NCBI GenBank assembly: GCA_946407495.1
Contig: CAMJOB010000001.1
Coordinates: 9,549-73,548, forward strand
Direction: 5' to 3'
Source of the DNA: an uncultured Bacillota bacterium
GTDB taxonomy: Bacteria > Bacillota_I > Bacilli_A > RF39 > UBA660
DNA: 64,000 nt
In this document: piece by piece, positions 57,425 through 64,000 of the stretch
Layout: every line of letters begins with the position of its first letter
How positions within the stretch are numbered: the stretch's first letter is position 1
The notes under the pieces: model-generated
Told to the model about the DNA's origin: nothing
The model's input: the letters and a program-made list of their open reading frames with translations, nothing else
Databases searched by the model: none
Program-made: the position numbers and the translations under genes

Positions 57425-59332
57425 ATGATAAAATTTTTACAATCTGGAGGTGGTTTACCACCTTTTCAATATTATAGACCAGTAACGGTCACAACTCCTA
57501 GTGGATCAGTAGCACAACCTCAAAGTGCTACTGCATCTACAAAGGAAACAAAATCTGATGCGTTAACTGATAAAGATGTTCTTAAAGCATTAGATAAAAT
57601 AGATGGACTTCCTTCAGATATGTCCGTTCTTAAATCAGGTTTAGTATCTGCATTAGGTACAGATTCTGGTTTTAGTATATTCGGTTCATCTGATAGTCTT
57701 TTTGGTAGTATCAATCAAATTGCAACTCAATATGCTGATACTTTATTAGGAATTAAAATTGCTAATTTTAGTAAAAAGAAATATGATGATATTAAAAAGA
57801 CACTTGACCAAAATGGCGGATTGAATGAAATTGCCGTTACAGATTCTGGAGGAGTATTAGTAACAGATAGGGACGGAGAAATATCTCAAATTTCTATAGA
57901 TACTTATTTATAGAATAAACACAGATACAAGGCTCTTACTAATTCAAATATTCTTTATATGAGAGCCTATAATCCAGACTATGCTAACAATGATGCTTTA
58001 ATGGATATAGCATCAAATGGTATTGGTCTTACTGAAATTAATAAACAAATTAAAGGAGCACTTGGAAGTCTTGGTCACGATGATAATACAAGAGAATCTT
58101 ATACTGTTATAAAAGGTGTAGAAGCACTTAAAGAAATATATAATAAAACAGGTGAAATAAAACCTGAAGGATTATATAAAATTAAAAATGCTACATCTAC
58201 TCAAAGAGATCAAGCACAAGCAGCTATCAATTATATATGGAATATGTTACCTGAAAACTCTAAAGCAGTTCTTAAATTGAAGTCAGGTAGTGAACAAGAT
58301 GCTAAACTTCTTGTTGCTAATTTTGTTGCTTCTGGAACTACAAGCAAACAAGATTATGGAGAAAGCTATATTCTTGATGCTGAGGGTAACAAACCAGGTG
58401 CTAAGAAAGAAGGCGAAGGTGGTGAGAAAAATGAATACAAACCAGGAGTTGTTTCTAATTTCATTAGAGGTAACGGTAAGCCTTCATCTTTTGTAATAAT
58501 GAATGGAACTACAGATGGTTTAGTTGTTCAAGGTATAACTTCATCATTAACAAATAATTCTGGTAAAATATTAGGAGCTTCAAGTTTAGCTACTATTAAT
58601 AAAGGTGGATATAATGGAGTTCTTGATTGGAATAATGTTAGTATGGGTGGAGTACCTATATCAGAAGCACATTTATCTGAATTAATGTGTACTGATGGAC
58701 GTATAACTTCTATTGATTTTCCTATTGATATAGCGGAAAAACAAAAAGGAAATATTGTTCCTAATTATGAAATGTTTGCATTAAAAGAAAAAGCTGATAG
58801 AGAAATAAAGGCTGCAAACTTAGAAGAAAAACAAGATTATGATTCAATTAATGCTATATATGCTAAATACAATCTTCCTACTAAATATGATGCAAGTGGT
58901 AATTTAATTACAACTCATTGGGCAAGATTTGGAGTTATGCAAGGTGTTGCATTAAGTAAAGCATTTGATGATGATCAATCATTTAATGATTTATTAAAAG
59001 AAGTTTCAGATAATGAATTAGAAAGTTACTTAAAGTTATTCAATAATGAAGCACACATTAGCGGTTCACAACAAGAATTAAAAGGAAAAGATATTGAATT
59101 TGATAAATCAAGTTGGTGGGATAAAATGTGGGGTAACGGACAACATTGGTGGTCTACACATGATCAAATGTTTAAAGGTACTATATTTATTCCAATTGTT
59201 GTTGATGAATTTGCTGCTATGGCGGGTGATGATAGTCATACCAAAATAGATGAAAATGAAAGAATAGCTGGTTTACAACAAGATCACGATTTACAAGAAA
59301 CAACTTAGTTACAAGGTCGTCTTGATGAATAA
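57425..59332 (+). CDS. virion/cargo-like protein (635 aa) with N-terminal KFLQSGGG motif; 2 TAG
   Basis: frame 2 through ORFs 57425 and 57959, TAG 57911 and 59306, TAA 59330-59332. Confidence 0.45.
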
Positions 59333-62300
59333 TGGAAAAGAATTATGATTTAATTTTAAATATGACTGCTAATCCTGGACTGTCTTTAGGTAATCTAAAG
59401 ACAGTTGGATTAACAGCTGATAATACTGCTTTAGAAAGTGAAGACAAGTATTTAAATTCATAGAAAATTCAGAATATGAGCATTTTTAAAGATGATGAAG
59501 GAAACTTTAGTAAAAGTAAATTTCATGATTTTTATAAAGTAGCTCAATCAACATATAATATAATGGCTAGTGACGCATATACAGATGACGTCGCTAAGAA
59601 AAGTCGTACCTATCACAGAGATAATATTTTTGCACCTCTTGAACAAAGAAGAAAAGGTCCAGAAATAAATTGGGTAAAACAAAGTAATCCATTTAAATCT
59701 ACACAAAGTATTGTTCGTTTAGGTAAGGTAGAAGATGGAAAATATACATGGGATGAACTTGCACAAAGAGAAAAAGTTCTTGCAAATCCTAGAGAGGCAA
59801 CAAGACCTGATGGAACTATTGATGAATCTAAAGCTATTTGGCAAGATGCACCAAATGATTCTTGGTTTAGTAATTTCTGGGAAACTCGTGTAGCTGCACA
59901 ATGGGATGAAGACGGTGAACATTTAAATCCTGTTACAGGTGAAAAAGAAACACATAAAAAAGGAGATTTAAAACTTAATTCTTCTGGTAATTTCTATTAT
60001 GAAAATCTTGATGGACGTGATGTTTACGGACGTAGAGTTCTTAATAAAATGAACACTTTAACTACTGATGGATCTGAATTTAATAAATATGATTTCTTTG
60101 ATTCTGATGGTAAAGATAAAAGTGTTGGAGGAACTATACTTAAAAATGCAGCCTTAGTTGGTTCTATGTTTATTCCTTATATTGGACCTGTTGTAACAGG
60201 ATTAGGATTAGCATCACAAACTGCTGGTTTACTTGGAACATTAGGTAAAATGGGAGCAAATTTTGCTAATGATAATCTTGGTACTAACATAAACAATTCT
60301 ATATTTTCTGAAATGGAAGGATTTAGTAAATCTGTAGGCAGAAATGCAGTTTCAGAATATTCTCAGCAAAATATGTGGTCTGCTGAAAATTTAATTGGTT
60401 TAATAGGTGATGTAATGGCTCAATTTAAAGAGCAACGTTTCTTATTTGAAAAAGCACCAATTATTTTTAATAATAAATATGGAATTGTAAATAATGGTAA
60501 TTATCAAAGTAAATTAGCTGAATTAGAAAGTCAAATTGCTAAATTTGATAAAACAAGAATTGATGATTTAGTAAAATCAGGAAAAACTATTACTGATATT
60601 CAAAGAGCCGCTAAAGAACTTGCATTAGTAAGACAAGAAAGAGCGGTTACTGAACTTGATTCTTATATTAAAGGATACAATAAGATAGGAGAAATCTTAT
60701 CTAAAACATATATGACAGGTCTTGTTGTAGGTGATACCTATGGTGAGGCTAAATTACAAGGAGCATCTGATAATGAAGCATTATGGCTTACACTTGGATA
60801 TGCTTCAGCCGAAGCCGCATTACTTAATACAGGTGTTGGTGAATGGCTATTTCCAGAACTTCGTTATAATAAACTACATCAAAAAGCTATTGGTGAAGCA
60901 TTAGTTAAAGCTAAAAACGAAACAGCAAAACTCGGTGAAAGTTTAACAAGTTCTGCAATAAAGAAAGGTGAAAAAGAGGCAAAGAAAGATTATGTTAAAA
61001 GACTTTTTAATCTTGGTAAAAAAACTGCTGAAGATTTATATACAGCTAATAAATCAACTGGAGACAAGACTATAAAAGCAGCATTTGCTAATGCTCTTGG
61101 TGAAGGTACTGAAGAAGTAACAGAAGAATTTTTAGCAGATTTCTCTAAATCTTGTTTTAATGCAATAGGATGGTTAAGAGGAGATAATACTCGTTTAGAA
61201 GCATTTGACAATTTTAATTGGCAAGATCTTCTTAGTAGATACTCTATGAACTTCTTAGGAGGTTTTATTGGAGGTGGAGCCGCTGGATTTAGTTTAGATA
61301 ATATGCGTAATATGAAAAAGCTTGACCATATGGAATTCGATCAAGCTATTCAAGAACTTGCATATATTGTTCGTAATGGACAAACTAAGGAGTTCCTAAA
61401 GACTGTTGATGAAATGACTTTAGGCGATAGACGTAAATCTGCAACTCAATTTACTAAAGAAGGTGATAATTATGTTTGGGCACAAGGTACTGATGAAGAT
61501 AACCAAGATCTTGCAGCTAAAAATGCAATTCGTGCACAAATACAATTATTTGAAGATATACTTTCAAGCGAAGGTATTAAAATGAGTGATGATTCATTCT
61601 TATCAAAAAATGTTGATTTACTACCAGATATTAAATTTGGTCTATTAAAACAATCTTCTACAGCAGGTCGTTTCCTACAACAATTTAACTCTTTAAGTAC
61701 AAAATTAATTGAAGCAAATGCTTCATTACTTGCAGCTAAAGGTAAATTGACTGAAAATTCAGAGAATAAAGAAACAGGAAACGCACAAGTTGATATTGCT
61801 GATAATCAAAAACAATTATTACAACAACAAATAGCTCAAATAGAGCAACAATTACAAACTGCATCAACTGAAGAGCAAGTTGCTTTAAAAGAAAGTCTTA
61901 AAAATCTTAAATCTCAATTAGGTAATCAACAAAACGGAGCAAGCGAAGTTCAAAGATTAGAAAGACAATTAAAAGATTTAAGACAACAAAAAGAAGACTT
62001 AATTTCTGGAAAACGTGCTAATGAATTTTTACAAGATTCATTATATGAAATGACTGATGCTATTAATAATAACTTTATTAAACCATCATTTATTCGTTAC
62101 GCAGAATATAAAACTAAAAAGAAGTTTAACGAAATTCCAGAAAATCTTTTAGGTAAACTTCAACAAGAATGGAAAGCATGGGGAGAAATGGACAGAGCAG
62201 AACAAGTACACCAATCTGCTGAGATATTCAAAAATGTACTTGTTAATTCAATGCCTATTTTAACTCAAAATGTTGCAAAATATGAAGAGTTACTTCAATC

Positions 62301-64000
62301 ACAAGATGTTGCTAATTTACAAGAAAACTTTGCTAATTGGTTAAATCTTTATCAAGATATATCTAATGTTAGAAATTCTGATAATTGGATAGAAAAAGTA
62401 TCTGCATCATTATCTAGTTTATATCAAGGAATTGGTTTAGTATTTTCTGATGAAACTTTTAGAAATAACTATAGTAAACTTGTAGAAGATGCTATTAAAT
62501 TAGAACAAAAGTTTAATGAGCAACGTGCTGAAATAAAAGGTAAAATTAATGATGCTAATATTAACACAAGTTTATCTCAAGATGAAAAGACTCAATTAAT
62601 TGATGATCTTAATTTACAATTACAAGCATTAGAAAATAATTATAAAAAGGATTCTAATGAACATAGTAAAAAACTTGATTTTGCAGTGTCTGACCAACTT
62701 GTTAAATCAGTTGAAGATTTAGTTAATCCTTATATCAAACAAGGATTTATTAATTCTGAAGTAAAACACGCTTTAAAAGAAATTTTAACTCAGGCTCAAT
62801 CTGTTTTAAGACAACAATCTAGTCCTTATCATACAACATTAGCAAATCTTAGATGGAAAAAGCGTTCTGATGAGGAAGAGAAACAACTTAAAGAAGCAGA
62901 GGAAAAAATAAAAGAAAGTAACGGTCATAGAGACAGATTTAAAGAAATACAAAAACAATTAGATACTTTAAGTTCTTCACCTATTGAACAAATACTTGAT
63001 CAATTTACTACATCTGTTGGAAGTGATATTAAAGTTTCAGCTTTATTAAAAACAATTAATGATATTTTAGATGGTGTTAAATCTGATGTTACTCAATTCT
63101 CATTAAGTAAACCATTATCAGATCAAATTGTAGAAGCATTAAATCTTATTGATTTATTAGGTTCTGTAATTGAAGCATCTAAAGTAGATGAAGGTAACAT
63201 TGATCATATTTATGGTTATACTAAAGTATTAAATGAAATTAACCATAAAGTTGGTAACTCTAAATGGGTTGATTTAGCAGAACTTAAATCTTCAACAGCT
63301 GATGTGTTAAAACAAGATTTATCAATTATAAGAAATAAACTTAATTTCTTATATAATCTTTATGCTATTTCTTCTGGACAAAAATTTGCTGAACAAAAGA
63401 GAGTTTCTTTAAATACAAATTATTTATTCTATAATAGATTAAATCAATTTGTTGCTGCCATCCCTGATGATAATGAATGGGAAGGTTTAAGTGAATTAAA
63501 GAATAAACTTAATTCATTAGCAACTTTAAGTAAAAATGCTCCAACAAGAAATTTAACACTTAGCACAGAAGACCAAAATAAAATAGACGAAGAGGTAATT
63601 CAAATGGAAGATGCTATTTATGATTTCTTCCAAAAGAATATCGAAAACGTAAAAGATAAACAAAAACTTGCTAATTTACTACATAAAAATGTTAATCTTT
63701 ATCAATTACCTACTGAAACTTTAACAAGTAAACTTGAGGCAATAGATGATAACTCATTTGTTTGGTGGTTAGCAACTCGTGGTGCACTTAAATCTACAGA
63801 CTTCCATAAAGAATATGCTGCTATCATAGACGATAAGATAGCACCTATTCCTACACAAGAAATTGCAACTTATGAGAACTATGCATCCATTGTTAATAAA
63901 GATTTCTTTACTGATTTTTATAATGGATTCAGACAAGCAATTAAAGATGATTGGAGTACTTTAGATGAAGATGGAAGACTTGAAATTATCAATCAACAAA
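59332..64000 (+). CDS. giant coiled-coil-rich protein, 5'-partial in window (more than 1555 codons, runs off the window end); 1 TAG at codon 44
   Basis: ATG 59332 (TAATG overlap); frame 1 has no TAA/TGA to position 64000; not in ORF track because it has no stop within window. Confidence 0.5.

Noticed and set aside
5160-59332. Fragmented ORFs with in-frame stops could be read as pseudogenes or sequencing errors
   Set aside because: All internal stops are TAG, none TAA or TGA. They occur in more than 25 otherwise intact genes including TerL and the lysis genes, and a CUA-anticodon tRNA is encoded. Systematic recoding explains it far better than decay.
4820-61211. Numerous minus-strand ORFs in the track (e.g. 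4820-5089, 5633-5941, 9932-10252, 11043-11333, 20586-20852, 31636-31875, 49783-50010, 60990-61211)
   Set aside because: Each lies antisense inside a long, well-supported + strand gene and has low-complexity translation; typical antisense artefacts of AT-rich coding DNA.
53023-64000. Calling one of the giant ORFs the virion RNA polymerase
   Set aside because: I could not find a DxDGD-type catalytic motif by eye in the portions inside the window; left as generic cargo/virion proteins.

Overview
This window is a strongly AT-rich segment of a tailed dsDNA phage genome, coded almost entirely on the + strand. It is most consistent with a crAss-like (Crassvirales-type) phage of a Bacteroidetes host. 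Gene order is a PD-(D/E)xK nuclease interrupted by an intein, a GroES-like protein, large terminase (TerL), portal, a 1834-aa ORF, tail-fibre-like genes, an accessory glycosylation-like island, a holin plus M15-endolysin lysis cassette, scaffold, major capsid protein, and a run of giant (630 to >1750 aa) virion/cargo-like ORFs that continues past the window end. The key observation is that the standard-code ORF track is artificially fragmented. In at least 25 genes one reading frame continues for kilobases through in-frame TAG codons, never through TAA or TGA. A 72-nt tRNA with anticodon CUA (amber suppressor, probably Gln-type) lies at 1199-1270. TAG is therefore a sense codon here. Genes were re-called by merging ORF fragments across TAG. 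Real stops are TAA/TGA, often overlapping the next start as ATGA or TAATG. In many late genes the TAG codons sit within the first 3-45 codons, and the nuclease, the minus-strand lysozyme-like gene, the GroES-like gene and 7128-7712 have none. This suggests amber codons gate late-gene translation. Other notable items are an intein with LAGLIDADG motifs and class-3-like features (Gly1, block-B Trp, block-F Cys, THN end) inserted at the DxK catalytic motif of the nuclease, a terminator-flanked accessory island (GtrA-like membrane protein, tandem GT92-like glycosyltransferase, small membrane protein, Xis-type HTH, PLC-like phosphodiesterase), a recurring [FL][KQ]QGG peptide motif in about eight virion/cargo proteins, a tandemly duplicated ~95-aa GALHAxLHHMD domain, and several TTTG-N18-21-TAnnTTTG Bacteroides-type promoter matches.
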